From Candidatus Latescibacterota bacterium (GTDB taxonomy: Bacteria > Latescibacterota > UBA2968 > UBA8231), in contig CBDFJF010000002.1 of NCBI GenBank assembly GCA_965248265.1, forward strand, positions 3,264,001 to 3,328,000: a DNA stretch of 64,000 bases. The letters run 5' to 3'. The stretch's first letter is position 1, and each line of letters opens with the position of its first letter. Below are positions 1-11,577 of the stretch, one piece after another. Below the pieces are notes generated by a model. The model did no database searches and had not been told where the DNA came from. It saw nothing but the letters and a program-made list of their open reading frames with translations. The position numbers were made by a program, and so were the translations under genes.

Positions 1-1794
1 AGGACCTACGAGCACGCGGGTACCGACAACGATTTCACCCAGGTGGCCGTCAACACCAACCCCACGGATGGGCCAAATAACCTCGGTGAGCGTCAGGTGG
101 TTGGCGACTTTGATGCCGATGGTCGGGGTGATCTGCTGGTCGGCGACGAAGACGGAGACCTGATCGTTTTCGAAAGCATCGGTGACGACACCCTCGACCC
201 GGTGTGGGTGGTAGACAACGAACGGGACGATGAAGACAGCCGCGTGGTAGGAGGTGGGGTCGACCTGGATGGCGATGGCCAAATAGAATTCGCCGTGGGC
301 CGGCTGCTTACGGATCGCTTCAATCCTGATCGGACTCAGTGGTCGGTCACCATTTATGAGCACGGTGGTGGAGACAACGAATACGAGGTAGAGCACGAGC
401 TGCTTGTTGGCGGTGGCAAAAGCCAGGGCAATGGCATATCGATGGGAGACCTGGATGGGGATGGCCTGGTGGAATTGTGCGTGGCGTTGGTCCCCGATAT
501 GTACATCGTGCGACCGATAGGTCCTGACGAATACGAACCCGTCTGGCACACACCGATTCGTGATTCGCATCGCCCGCTGCTGGGCGATCTCGACGGCGAT
601 GGGATCACGGAAATTGCCTACAACTCTACGGCGGGCGCGATTGAAATCATCAGTCTTGCTGACGCCCGGGTGCTTCAACTCGAGGCGCCCGCGGGGTTTG
701 CGGCCATCGGCGACGGACCGGATCGCGTCACCTTGAGTTGGGAGCCGGTCGATGGTGTGACGGTGTATCGTCTTTACCGAGCCCCCGTTGCTGAACCCCT
801 GGTGCTGCTGGCATCGGTTGGCGAAACCTCGTTCGTCGACATGACCGTGGAGGAGGGCGTCACCTACACCTATTCGGTTGCCGCAATCGGCTCGGATGAT
901 TTCGAGGGACGTCGCTCAACGCCGCAATCCGCTACCCCCGCTTCCCTCCCGGCACTGCTGCGAATCGACCGACTGACGTCGCGGCATCTTGCTCTGGATT
1001 TCAGTGGGCCGATGGGTCCCTCGGTTGAGGAAGGCTTCCGTTACCAGGTCCTTCCCGGAATCGGATCACCGACATCCGCGACTCGTGATCGTGGCGGAAG
1101 CCATGTGATCCTGGCCTTCGGATCCCTACCAGAATCAGGCCGCTACGAACTGACGGCCACCGATCTGCGAGCGGAAAGCGGGGCACGCCTGGAGCAAGGG
1201 CGGTTGTCTTTTCTCTTTGACCTGGAGGCGGTGGAGTCACGGCCCCAATTGGTACATGCTGAGATTGAGCAGCGGACGAGGCTTGTTCTGCGTTTCAATG
1301 CACCGCTGCAATCGCCTCTTCCCGCGAGCGGGATCACCATCGATGCCGGCAGTATTACCGTCGAGGAAGTCACGGCTCTCACCCAGTCCGAAGTGGCAGT
1401 GACATTGGCCGATGACACGCCACTGCAGCCCTGGGGACGCCGCTACGAGGTCGTCATCTCCGGTTGGCGGGATGAATCAGGTGCGGGGGTTTCCGGTCGC
1501 ACCTTCGTGCAGTGGGCTCCATCAGAATTGGGTGCGCATGTCGTGTTTCCGAATCCCTTCGATCCGTCCCTGGGTAACCTGGTGTTCGGAGGGTTACCGG
1601 CTGGCTCTCGAGTTTCCATCTTTTCAATGGCGGGAGGGCTGTTGCGGACCCTGCATGAAGAGCAGGGCGCAGGCGGTGTCGAATGGGATGGAAGCAACGA
1701 GACGGGGGCGCTGGCAGGTAGTGGCCTCTACTACTATCGGGTGTCGCATGGGGGTATAGTGCAAACTGGTTCGTTTGCCGTGATTCGACGGTAA
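1..1794 (+). CDS. Secreted FG-GAP repeat / fibronectin-III / Ig-like protein with FlgD-like (T9SS-type) C-terminal domain; 5' partial
   Basis: Frame is open from base 1. Repeats GDFDADGRGDLLVG, DLDGDGQIEFAVG, GDLDGDGLVEL, GDLDGDGITEI; FN3-like 'VTLSWEP..YRLYR..FVD..V..GVTYTYSVAA'; C-terminus 'VFPNPF...IFSMAG.LLRTL...WDG.NE.G..AGSGLYYY'. Confidence 0.8.
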   Translation, partial: RTYEHAGTDNDFTQVAVNTNPTDGPNNLGERQVVGDFDADGRGDLLVGDEDGDLIVFESIGDDTLDPVWVVDNERDDEDSRVVGGGVDLDGDGQIEFAVGRLLTDRFNPDRTQWSVTIYEHGGGDNEYEVEHELLVGGGKSQGNGISMGDLDGDGLVELCVALVPDMYIVRPIGPDEYEPVWHTPIRDSHRPLLGDLDGDGITEIAYNSTAGAIEIISLADARVLQLEAPAGFAAIGDGPDRVTLSWEPVDGVTVYRLYRAPVAEPLVLLASVGETSFVDMTVEEGVTYTYSVAAIGSDDFEGRRSTPQSATPASLPALLRIDRLTSRHLALDFSGPMGPSVEEGFRYQVLPGIGSPTSATRDRGGSHVILAFGSLPESGRYELTATDLRAESGARLEQGRLSFLFDLEAVESRPQLVHAEIEQRTRLVLRFNAPLQSPLPASGITIDAGSITVEEVTALTQSEVAVTLADDTPLQPWGRRYEVVISGWRDESGAGVSGRTFVQWAPSELGAHVVFPNPFDPSLGNLVFGGLPAGSRVSIFSMAGGLLRTLHEEQGAGGVEWDGSNETGALAGSGLYYYRVSHGGIVQTGSFAVIRR

Positions 1795-1853
1795 CGAGCG
1801 TCGCAGTGCGCACGACGCCTTTGTAATGAAGGGTCACAATCCGGGAGGCGGCA

Positions 1854-2873
1854 ATGGTCAGGATCGGTATAGCCGGTATCGGCTTCATGGGGGTAACGCA
1901 TTACAATGCAATAAAGAAGGTAAAAGGAGCGAGAGTCGCGGCGATTTTCACCCGTAACCCCAAAAAGCTGCGCGGCGACTGGCGGGAGGTTCAGGGGAAC
2001 TTTGGCGGCGGCGGCGGTGTTCAGGATTTGTCACGCATCCGTTGTCATGGCAGTCTGGACGAGCTGTTGAGTGATGACGGTGTTGACGTCATCCACAACT
2101 GCCTGCCAACCCCCATGCATCTGTCGACGACGATGGATGCCCTCCGTGCCGGCAGGCACGTATTCCTCGAAAAGCCAATCGCCGTCGATCTTCGGTATGC
2201 GGACCGCATGGTGGCTGAAGCCAAGCGCCGCCGGCGTCTGTTCATGGTGGCGCACGTACTCAGGTTCTTTCCCGAGTTTCGACTGATAAAGGAATTAGCT
2301 GTCGATGGCCGCTTCGGAGCGGTGCGCGCCGCCCATTTCAAACGTGTTACCGCCTATCCCAAGTGGCGGGCACCAGATGACATCATCGACTCGGGTGGCC
2401 CGGCGATCGACCTCCACATTCACGATTGTGACTTCGTTCGTTTTCTCTTCGGGACACCGCAGGCGGTCACCTCCAACGGATTGGTGAGCCGGAATGGTAT
2501 CGTCGATCACCTGCACACTCACTATCATTTTGGGGGAAGGCGGATGGCGATCAGCTCCGAGTCGGGGTGGCTCTCCCAACAGGGATGTCCCTTCGAACAC
2601 GGATACGACGTCTACTTTGCCGATGCCACGCTTAAATTCAACTCGTCATCGGGTCGTCCGCCTGTACTCCTTACAGCTGACGGCAAGAGCCGGCATCCCC
2701 GTCTGCCCGGAAGCAAGGATGCCTTCGTTGGCGAGATTCAGGATGCCGTCGAGGCGATCTCGAGAGGCACTACATCCTCTACCCTGAGTGCGGTTTCGGC
2801 ACGGGAGTCACTGAAGTTGTGCCTTAAGGAAATCCAGTCCGTGCGGCAGCGACGAAAGGTGCGGGTGGGCTGA
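1854..2873 (+). CDS. Gfo/Idh/MocA family oxidoreductase
   Basis: N-terminal GIAGIGFMG Rossmann motif, HVFLEKP, DLHIHD; GGAGG RBS. Confidence 0.9.
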   Translation: MVRIGIAGIGFMGVTHYNAIKKVKGARVAAIFTRNPKKLRGDWREVQGNFGGGGGVQDLSRIRCHGSLDELLSDDGVDVIHNCLPTPMHLSTTMDALRAGRHVFLEKPIAVDLRYADRMVAEAKRRRRLFMVAHVLRFFPEFRLIKELAVDGRFGAVRAAHFKRVTAYPKWRAPDDIIDSGGPAIDLHIHDCDFVRFLFGTPQAVTSNGLVSRNGIVDHLHTHYHFGGRRMAISSESGWLSQQGCPFEHGYDVYFADATLKFNSSSGRPPVLLTADGKSRHPRLPGSKDAFVGEIQDAVEAISRGTTSSTLSAVSARESLKLCLKEIQSVRQRRKVRVG

Positions 2874-2874
2874 G

Positions 2875-3138
2875 GTGGCCGGCGACGACAAGAAGACGGC
2901 AATGAATGCGCTGCCCGGCCTCGCAGAGGTCCCGGTCAAGTTGCGCGTCGTCCTCGGTGGCTCGAAGATCAGCTTTCAGGATGCGGCGAATCTAACGCCG
3001 AAAAGCCTGCTGCCCATAGACAAAACGGCGACTGATCCCGTTGACGTTGTCGTTAATGGAAAGGTGATAGCAAGAGGCAAACTAGTCATCATCGATGACA
3101 CCTACGGGGTACAGATCACGGAGCTGATTGGGCAATAG
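2875..3138 (+). CDS. fliN: FliN/FliM C-terminal (SpoA) domain flagellar switch-like protein
   Basis: VPVKLRVVLG...DPVDVVVNGKVIARGKLVII..TYGVQITEL matches the FliN/SpoA signature; 87 aa. Confidence 0.75.
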   Translation: MAGDDKKTAMNALPGLAEVPVKLRVVLGGSKISFQDAANLTPKSLLPIDKTATDPVDVVVNGKVIARGKLVIIDDTYGVQITELIGQ

Positions 3139-3186
3139 CGGTCCAGTCAGGCCGAGCCTTGCTGGACCGGTCACTGCAGGGTAACG

Positions 3187-3228
3187 AAAAGGCGAGGGGA
3201 AAAGTGATTCTTCCCCTCGCCTTTTTTT
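3187..3228. terminator. Bidirectional intrinsic terminator between fliN and groEL
   Basis: AAAAGGCGAGGGGAA...TTCCCCTCGCCTTTTTTT stem with flanking A and T tracts. Confidence 0.85.
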
Positions 3229-3264
3229 GTTCGTCCCTAAGCCGCTCGGGCGTCAGGGACTTTT

Positions 3265-5203
<1,939 letters not shown>

Positions 5204-5245
5204 TGTTATTCTCCTTAGGGAATGTGTTAAAGCCAACTGCAGAGA

Positions 5246-5262
5246 AGCAAGCCTCATGCCGA
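5246..5262 (-). promoter_or_regulatory. Sigma54 (-24/-12) promoter for groES-groEL
   Basis: Minus strand TCGGCATGAGGCTTGCT = GG-N10-GC with TTGC, close to the TGGCAC-N5-TTGC consensus, ~45 nt upstream of groES. Confidence 0.7.
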
Positions 5263-5522
5263 AAGCGAGATCATTTCGTAACGCGATTAATTACAATATG
5301 TTATAGCAGCACTAAGCAAGTGAGGGAGACGCACAAGCCATCGGGTATTATCATATAGAGAATGACGTACCTGAAGATGTCGTCATAATTGCTTTTAATA
5401 ACAGTAAGTTAATGATGTTTTGCCAAAATGACAACAAATCTAGCTGGCATTTCCAAATCGGGAATGCTGTTTGCCAATGTCGCACCTTACAGAGTTGACG
5501 AGAATCTGAGCCTGCTAACTTC

Positions 5523-7373
5523 ATGTCCCCGACCTACGTAGCCTCTGAATTTCCTGACGATCTCAAGGATCAGATCTTATCCGTTATCGGCGATCGCCTG
5601 AATACGGGCGAGGTGCTGCTTTCGGAATCCCAGTTCGTCGCCGCCATGGAGGAGGGATTCCAAACGGTTTCTCGAGCCACCTTGGACGAGGGCACGAAGA
5701 CGAAGCTGGCAGAGATCGTTCGCAAGGTGAATGGGGAATCGCCCGAGATTCTGGTGGTTCCCGGCTTCGAGAATTGGGTCACCAAGTCAGTGTTGGCAAG
5801 TGTGCGCAAGCAGGGCATGGGTGTAACCGAGGTTCAGGAGGGTGGTAATCAGCTGGTGCGAGATTTTGTACGCGGGGCCAAGGTGCAGGGACTGATCTCC
5901 CAACTCGGTATCCAGGCCAGCCAACTGAATCTGAAGCGCTGCTTCCGCACCATCCTCAACCAGGTTGCCGGCAAGGTGGACGTCGACCAGAAGCGCTCGG
6001 CCGCCAGGTTGGCCCAACTCAAGAAAGCGGCCGCCAGCCAGCCGGCTGCCGCGGCCGATGCAGGTGCGGGTGGACCGCGTCGGGTGTCCGGGGGATTGGA
6101 CCGCTTACTGGACGGCCCAGCCGAGATGCCCACGGAAGAAGAGGCTCAGAGCCGCACGGCCGAACAGGAGAAAGCGCAGAGCGCCATTAGGGAAACCCAG
6201 ATGGCCAATCTGGTAAACAATATCGATTCGTATGTCGAGCAAGGCATGCTCGACGCGGATGGTGCCGAGCGGCTTCGCAAGGCGCACAAAGTGGACGAGG
6301 CCGTGCGCACCGGGAGAGTCGACGCGCAAAAAGGCAGCAAGATTCGCAACAGCATCTTGAGCGGAAACGTGCGAGACAAGATTGAGAGGAGCGTGAGTAA
6401 GGCGGTCGATTTCTCCGTGCAGTACCTGCAGGTGTTCGATGCCCTCAAGCGAATCGAGACGCGTTTTGACGGCGCCCTCAGGTTCTTGGTGCGCCACAAG
6501 GATGCGGTCAACGCCGATCGTGAAAAGGACGCACCCAAGCCGGCTGAGCTGGGTCCGTTCGTCAAAGGATTGCTGGAAGACATGGATGTCCTGGAGCAGG
6601 TCATCGACCTCATGGATCGCAAGGACGCGGAAGTCAGGATGATCGCCGCACACCTGCCCCCGTACAATGGCGTGATGCGACGGGATCAGGGCCGCATCGA
6701 GAACATGGTGGTCGACGAGACCTTCATGGACCTGCTACGAGCGGAGGATGGCAGTGATTCCACGGCGGAGCGGCTCAACTGCGCTGACAAGGCCATCCGG
6801 GGCCGCGCTGCCGCGGACATGCTGTGCGTGACCAGCATCTTGAATCGCCTGATCCGTCCGACGCCGGCACGCAAGGAGATTCGCCTGCTGAAGATCAACC
6901 TGATCATCGAGGAGTTCTACCGCGATGAGACGGATCTGGACCAAGCTCGCACCCGGGCACAGGACTTCCTGAAAACGCGGATTCGCAGCATGTACCCGGA
7001 TCTGAGTGAAGAAGAGACCCAGGAAATTCAGCAGCGAGGCGCGGAGATCATCGAGGCAGTGGAGCAGAAGATCGTCGCCGAGCGCAAGGAGGCAGAGGCT
7101 GCGAAGACAGCAACCTCCGGGGACGGGGCGGAAGGGGACGATGAGACGCTCAGCAAGGAAGAAGAGCAGATGGGCGTCCAGATTCATCGAATCGCCGTAC
7201 GGGTCGCTGGCCGTACACGCAACATTCCGTACAAAGTGATGCCCGATGCAGACGATACATCGAAGTTCGTCATCGTGCAGAAAGACCCGGATAGCGGCGA
7301 GATGGTACCGGTCCGCCGCCGCGGGCAGAAGCGCTTCGTCCAACGGGGCAGAGACGGCTGGGAGCTCGCCTGA
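5523..7373 (+). CDS. Hypothetical 616-aa mostly helical, charged protein
   Basis: Long ORF with genome-typical codon bias; no family recognised. Confidence 0.8.
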   Translation: MSPTYVASEFPDDLKDQILSVIGDRLNTGEVLLSESQFVAAMEEGFQTVSRATLDEGTKTKLAEIVRKVNGESPEILVVPGFENWVTKSVLASVRKQGMGVTEVQEGGNQLVRDFVRGAKVQGLISQLGIQASQLNLKRCFRTILNQVAGKVDVDQKRSAARLAQLKKAAASQPAAAADAGAGGPRRVSGGLDRLLDGPAEMPTEEEAQSRTAEQEKAQSAIRETQMANLVNNIDSYVEQGMLDADGAERLRKAHKVDEAVRTGRVDAQKGSKIRNSILSGNVRDKIERSVSKAVDFSVQYLQVFDALKRIETRFDGALRFLVRHKDAVNADREKDAPKPAELGPFVKGLLEDMDVLEQVIDLMDRKDAEVRMIAAHLPPYNGVMRRDQGRIENMVVDETFMDLLRAEDGSDSTAERLNCADKAIRGRAAADMLCVTSILNRLIRPTPARKEIRLLKINLIIEEFYRDETDLDQARTRAQDFLKTRIRSMYPDLSEEETQEIQQRGAEIIEAVEQKIVAERKEAEAAKTATSGDGAEGDDETLSKEEEQMGVQIHRIAVRVAGRTRNIPYKVMPDADDTSKFVIVQKDPDSGEMVPVRRRGQKRFVQRGRDGWELA

Positions 7374-7443
7374 GCGCTCAGGCGGCTTGCCTCCCGGACC
7401 GGCATCTCCGATCCATTCAAGCACATAACACCATCACCCAATC

Positions 7444-8262
7444 GTGCGCTCGTTGAAGGGACGATCCGTCGTCGTTACCGGTGCCAGCAGCGGCATCGGA
7501 TGGCACCTGGCCTTGATGCTGGCGCGACGGGGCGCCCGTCTGGTACTGGTTGCCAGACGTGGTGAGTCTCTGCAAAAGCTCAAACACACAATAGATGCAG
7601 AGCGCCTCATCTCGCCCGAAGTCGTCGAGTGTGACGTCAGCGTGCGAGAGCAGGTCGAGGCGTTGAAGCTTCGATGCCAGGAAGTTGTCGGCGACGTCGA
7701 CGTTCTGGTCAACAACGCCGGCAGGGGGGCGTACGGCTATCTACACCAGGTCGCCCTGGATGACCATGAGGCGGTCGTCAACACCAATGTGATGGGGGTC
7801 ATCTACTGCACCCACGCCTTTTTGCCGGCGATGTTGGAGCGCGGCAGCGGCCATGTGGCCTTCGTTTCGAGCGTGTTGGGGGAGTTGCCTGCCCCCGAAC
7901 ATGCCGTCTACGGCGCGACGAAGTTTGCTGTCAGTGGGCTGGCTGAAAGTCTCTACCACGAACTGGCAGGAACCGGAGTCAAGGTGACGCTGATCGAGCC
8001 GGGATTGGTTCGTTCCGAGTTTGCGCAGGTGAGTTCCACGCCGCTGGCGCGTTTCGCGCAAGTGCCATCCAAGAGCCCGGAGGAGGTAGCCTCGCGAATC
8101 GTACGCGCTCTTGAAGCAAGGTGGCAGTGGAAGGTGATTCCCGATCCGCTGGCGAGGGTGGGCATCGACCTGCGACGTCACTTTCCTCGGCTATCGCGCT
8201 TTCTCTACGGCCGCATCACGCGGCGGATTCGAAGAAAGGACGGTCCCCCTGGCGGACCATAG
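7444..8262 (+). CDS. SDR family oxidoreductase
   Basis: TGASSGIG, NNAG, YGATK. Confidence 0.9.
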   Translation: MRSLKGRSVVVTGASSGIGWHLALMLARRGARLVLVARRGESLQKLKHTIDAERLISPEVVECDVSVREQVEALKLRCQEVVGDVDVLVNNAGRGAYGYLHQVALDDHEAVVNTNVMGVIYCTHAFLPAMLERGSGHVAFVSSVLGELPAPEHAVYGATKFAVSGLAESLYHELAGTGVKVTLIEPGLVRSEFAQVSSTPLARFAQVPSKSPEEVASRIVRALEARWQWKVIPDPLARVGIDLRRHFPRLSRFLYGRITRRIRRKDGPPGGP

Positions 8263-8288
8263 GAGGCTTGCAAGCAGGCCACACGCCC

Positions 8289-9074
8289 TCATTGGGACGT
8301 GTAACCGCCATCTACCAGCAAGGTCGCTCCCGTCGTGAACGAGGAAGCCGGGGAGGCAAAGTAGAGGACGGTGGTGGCCAGCTCCGCCGGATCGCCCCAG
8401 CGCGCCATCGGTACCCCTGCAATCATGGCCGGTCCCTTCTCGGGATCGTCCAGCAGCACCTGGTTGATCGGAGTGGCGAACGGCCCCGGACAAATGGCAT
8501 TGACGGTGACCCCATGGGACGCCCACTCCAGAGCCAACGTGCGAGTCAGTTGCACCAGACCCCCCTTGCTCGATGCGTAGGGGGTTCGACCGGGGATTGA
8601 GATGAAGGAAAGGGTCGAACCCAGGTTGATGACCCGACCGTAACCACGCGAGATCATGTGATCGCCCAGCGCTCGACAGTAGTAGAAGGGTCCCGACAGG
8701 TTGATCCCGATGACCTCATCCCATTCTGCGTGCGTGAGTTCAGCAATCGGGCCCCGGATGTTGATGCCGGCATTGTTGACGAGAATGTCGATGTGTCCAA
8801 GCTGATCGATCACCGATTCAACCACACTCACTACTGCCTTGGGATCCCCGGCATCGGACTCGAAGGCGTGGACGGGATTGCCAGTCTTGTCCGTGATCGC
8901 CCTTGCGACGGTCTGTGCCTCATCCAGGTTTCGGCTGGTGATGGCGACGTCCGCACCAGCCCCGGACAATGCCATGGCCATGCTCTCTCCAAGACCTTTG
9001 CTGCCCCCGGTTACGAGGGCCCGTTGATCTTTCAGCGAGAACAGGTCGAGGGAGTTGCCCGGTAATTCTTTCAC
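8289..9074 (-). CDS. SDR family oxidoreductase (gluconate 5-dehydrogenase/KduD-like)
   Basis: [28 protein letters not shown]. Confidence 0.88.
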   Translation of the reverse strand: MKELPGNSLDLFSLKDQRALVTGGSKGLGESMAMALSGAGADVAITSRNLDEAQTVARAITDKTGNPVHAFESDAGDPKAVVSVVESVIDQLGHIDILVNNAGINIRGPIAELTHAEWDEVIGINLSGPFYYCRALGDHMISRGYGRVINLGSTLSFISIPGRTPYASSKGGLVQLTRTLALEWASHGVTVNAICPGPFATPINQVLLDDPEKGPAMIAGVPMARWGDPAELATTVLYFASPASSFTTGATLLVDGGYTSQ

Positions 9075-9127
9075 AAGGTATGTGTGCGTGAGATGAAGGG
9101 GGTATGCAAGTTACGCGTACTGCGCGG

Positions 9128-9370
9128 TCATGTCGGCCATTGTTCGGCCTCGACCATGCCTCGTGCCAACACGCCCAATTCCGCCACAAGCTCTTGCTTC
9201 TCCTCTTCCCGTGCCTTGTTCGTCACCTGCATGGTCAGCGCGATCAAACCGAGGCCGAAAATGCGCTGCAGGGATTCGGGAGTCTCTGGATCCAGATCCG
9301 GGATCAGTTCGCCGAGTTTGGCCAACAGCAGTTTGTGTTTCTCGGTAATGTCGATGACTTCGAGCGGCAT
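9128..9370 (-). CDS. Small hypothetical helical protein (80 aa)
   Basis: Fills the gap in a co-directional gene run; plausible composition. Confidence 0.6.
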   Translation of the reverse strand: MPLEVIDITEKHKLLLAKLGELIPDLDPETPESLQRIFGLGLIALTMQVTNKAREEEKQELVAELGVLARGMVEAEQWPT

Positions 9371-9415
9371 GAACGGAACGTAGGAAAAGCTGTCAGGGCT
9401 CGCAATCGGTCCGAC

Positions 9416-10258
9416 TCACTCCGCCACCGGCGCGGCAAGCAGGCGCTTGCCATCTCGCCGCAGTCTGTTCCAGGGCTCGGAGGGGTCGTGATCCCAGGCG
9501 ATAATCCACCCTTCATCGCAGATTTGCGCGGCGAGTTTCTGCTTCTCGACGAAGGTTTGGTAAGGATCCATGTCGTAGGCCATGATCCAGAACGGGTTGA
9601 GATGGTGTCTGGTCGGCAGCAGATCGCCCGGAAAGACGACGCAGTCGTTTTCACCATCGATGACGACCGCCTGGTGGTGGATGGTATGACCACCAGTGAC
9701 CATTACCCGCAAGCCGGGAAACAGCTGTTCGTCACCATTGGTGAACTGGAACTCCACCTGGTCATGCAATTGCCGCAGGTCATCGGGTCGGTAACTGCTC
9801 TTCATGATGCTGCGCCCTTCAACCGCGGCCTCCCATTCGCCTTGTTGAACCACGTGCAAGGCGTTGGGGCAGGTCGCCACTACTTGATCATCGACCGCGC
9901 CCAAGGCTCCGGCCGCGTGATCGAAGTGCAGGTGGGTCAAGACGACGTGGGTCACGTCCTGCGGAGAAATCCCCAGGAGGTCAAGGCCAGCTTTCAGGGT
10001 AGCACTCTCGTCCAGCGCGAAAATCTCTCGCTCCCTGGCGTCGAAGCGCCGCCCGCATCCGGTTTCGACAACGACGAGGGCATCGGCGTAGCGGACGAGC
10101 AGGCTGTTGCAGCTGAGATCGATCCTGTTGTCAGCATCTGCTGGGCAAGGCGATGACCACAGGGCTTTCGGGACCACGCCGAACATGGCGCCGCCGTCGA
10201 GTTTGAAACGGCCGCTGCAGATGGAATCGATGCGTAGGTGGCCGAGCTCGAGATGCAT
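9416..10258 (-). CDS. MBL-fold metallo-hydrolase (YtnP-like)
   Basis: FKLDGGAMFGVVPK, THLHFDHAAG, GHT..HQ, GDLLPT, MAYD. Confidence 0.9.
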   Translation of the reverse strand: MHLELGHLRIDSICSGRFKLDGGAMFGVVPKALWSSPCPADADNRIDLSCNSLLVRYADALVVVETGCGRRFDAREREIFALDESATLKAGLDLLGISPQDVTHVVLTHLHFDHAAGALGAVDDQVVATCPNALHVVQQGEWEAAVEGRSIMKSSYRPDDLRQLHDQVEFQFTNGDEQLFPGLRVMVTGGHTIHHQAVVIDGENDCVVFPGDLLPTRHHLNPFWIMAYDMDPYQTFVEKQKLAAQICDEGWIIAWDHDPSEPWNRLRRDGKRLLAAPVAE

Positions 10259-10278
10259 GGGGTAGGGGGGAGGGAGTC

Positions 10279-10950
10279 TCAGGTAGAAAGGCCACCGCGG
10301 TCGCGGGCCTCGTCCCAGGCCTCCTTGAACTCGCGTATCGTTTCGACCGTTCGCGGGTGGTGAGCCATGCTGGCCAGCAGGCTGTAGGAAGTGGTGACGA
10401 TGTGGGCGCCGGCCAGAAAACTGCGGCGAATGTCCGCGGTCTGTCGCATGCTGCCGGCGATTATGTGGGCGTCAAAGCCGCCCTGGCTGATGAATTCGGC
10501 CGTTTCTGCGATCACGGTGTCGGCGTCGTATCCCAGGTCATTGATGCGGCCGACGAACAGGCTGACGTAGCTGGCCCCTGCCAGCAGGGCCAAAGCTGTC
10601 TGGTCCGAACTCATCATGCAGGTGACGTTGACGCGCACGTCGCGCTCTCGCTCGAGCGTGTGGATGACCGGAAGGCCTTCCAGCGACATCGGGATCTTGA
10701 CGACGATGGCGTCGCTCCAGGCAGCGTACTCGGAGGCTTCCGTCAGCATGTCGTCTGCGGTCTCGCCCAAGACCTCAACACTCAATGGACACCCGGGACA
10801 CGCCTCCAGGATTTCCTCCACGCGGGAGCGGAAACTTCCCGGGTCGGCCATTGCGGCGAGTTTGGGATTGGTGGTGATGCCGGAGATGACCCCGAGGGCT
10901 ACGGCTCGGCGAACCTCGTCGATGTCAACACTGTCGATGAATAGTTGCAC
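10279..10950 (-). CDS. tal: Transaldolase (short TalC/FSA family)
   Basis: LFIDS, GITTNP, VVKIP (Schiff-base Lys), YVSLFVGRIND, HHPRT. Confidence 0.85.
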   Translation of the reverse strand: MQLFIDSVDIDEVRRAVALGVISGITTNPKLAAMADPGSFRSRVEEILEACPGCPLSVEVLGETADDMLTEASEYAAWSDAIVVKIPMSLEGLPVIHTLERERDVRVNVTCMMSSDQTALALLAGASYVSLFVGRINDLGYDADTVIAETAEFISQGGFDAHIIAGSMRQTADIRRSFLAGAHIVTTSYSLLASMAHHPRTVETIREFKEAWDEARDRGGLST

Positions 10951-10956
10951 TTGAAA

Positions 10957-11562
10957 TCAGGTTTCCGTATCTGCGATCATGTGACGCAGGCAGTCACAGA
11001 TCAGGTGCTCGAGGGCAAGATGAAACGATTCCACCTGCGGCGTGGAGTCGATGGGAACGACGATGCAGACATCGGCGAGCTCGCGCAAGGCACCGCCGTC
11101 GAAGCCACTCAACCCAATCACGCGGGCCTGGCGGGCGCGGGCGATGTCGACGGCGCGAACCAGGTTCTGGGACCATGGCCCGGCGTTGCCATCACCGGAG
11201 CCGCCGTGCACGCTTATGAGAATGAGGACGTCTCCCGCACCGATGAACGGCTCCAGCTGCTCGGTGTAGGCGGAAGCGGGTCCCTCGTCATTGATCAGGG
11301 CGCTGTACAGCGGCATGTTGTCGGTGAGGGCGAGGGCCTTGAAGCGCGCCTTGCCCTCCTGGGCAGTCCACTTGGCCAGGTCACAGGCAAAGTGACTGGC
11401 CGTGGAAGCGGATCCACCGTTGCCGGCGATGAACACGGTATTCGAGTTTCTCCAGGCCTCGTACAAGAGGTTGATGGTCGCGTCGATGGGCTCGTGAGGC
11501 AAGGCCTCGATGACCGTCTCCATGTCGTCGAAGTAACGGCGGATGTAGGCTGCGTTTTTCAT
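10957..11562 (-). CDS. gmhA: Phosphoheptose isomerase (SIS domain)
   Basis: FIAGNGGSASTASHFACDL, ALIND, GDVLILIS, QVESFHL..EHLIC. Confidence 0.85.
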   Translation of the reverse strand: MKNAAYIRRYFDDMETVIEALPHEPIDATINLLYEAWRNSNTVFIAGNGGSASTASHFACDLAKWTAQEGKARFKALALTDNMPLYSALINDEGPASAYTEQLEPFIGAGDVLILISVHGGSGDGNAGPWSQNLVRAVDIARARQARVIGLSGFDGGALRELADVCIVVPIDSTPQVESFHLALEHLICDCLRHMIADTET

Positions 11563-11577
11563 CGTTCACACACACAC

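Noticed and set aside
5204-5522. CIRCE/HrcA operator before groES
   Set aside because: No TTAGCACTC-N9-GAGTGCTAA match.
9104-10156. 350-aa plus-strand ORF
   Set aside because: Antisense shadow of the MBL hydrolase and the 80-aa gene; no recognisable motifs.
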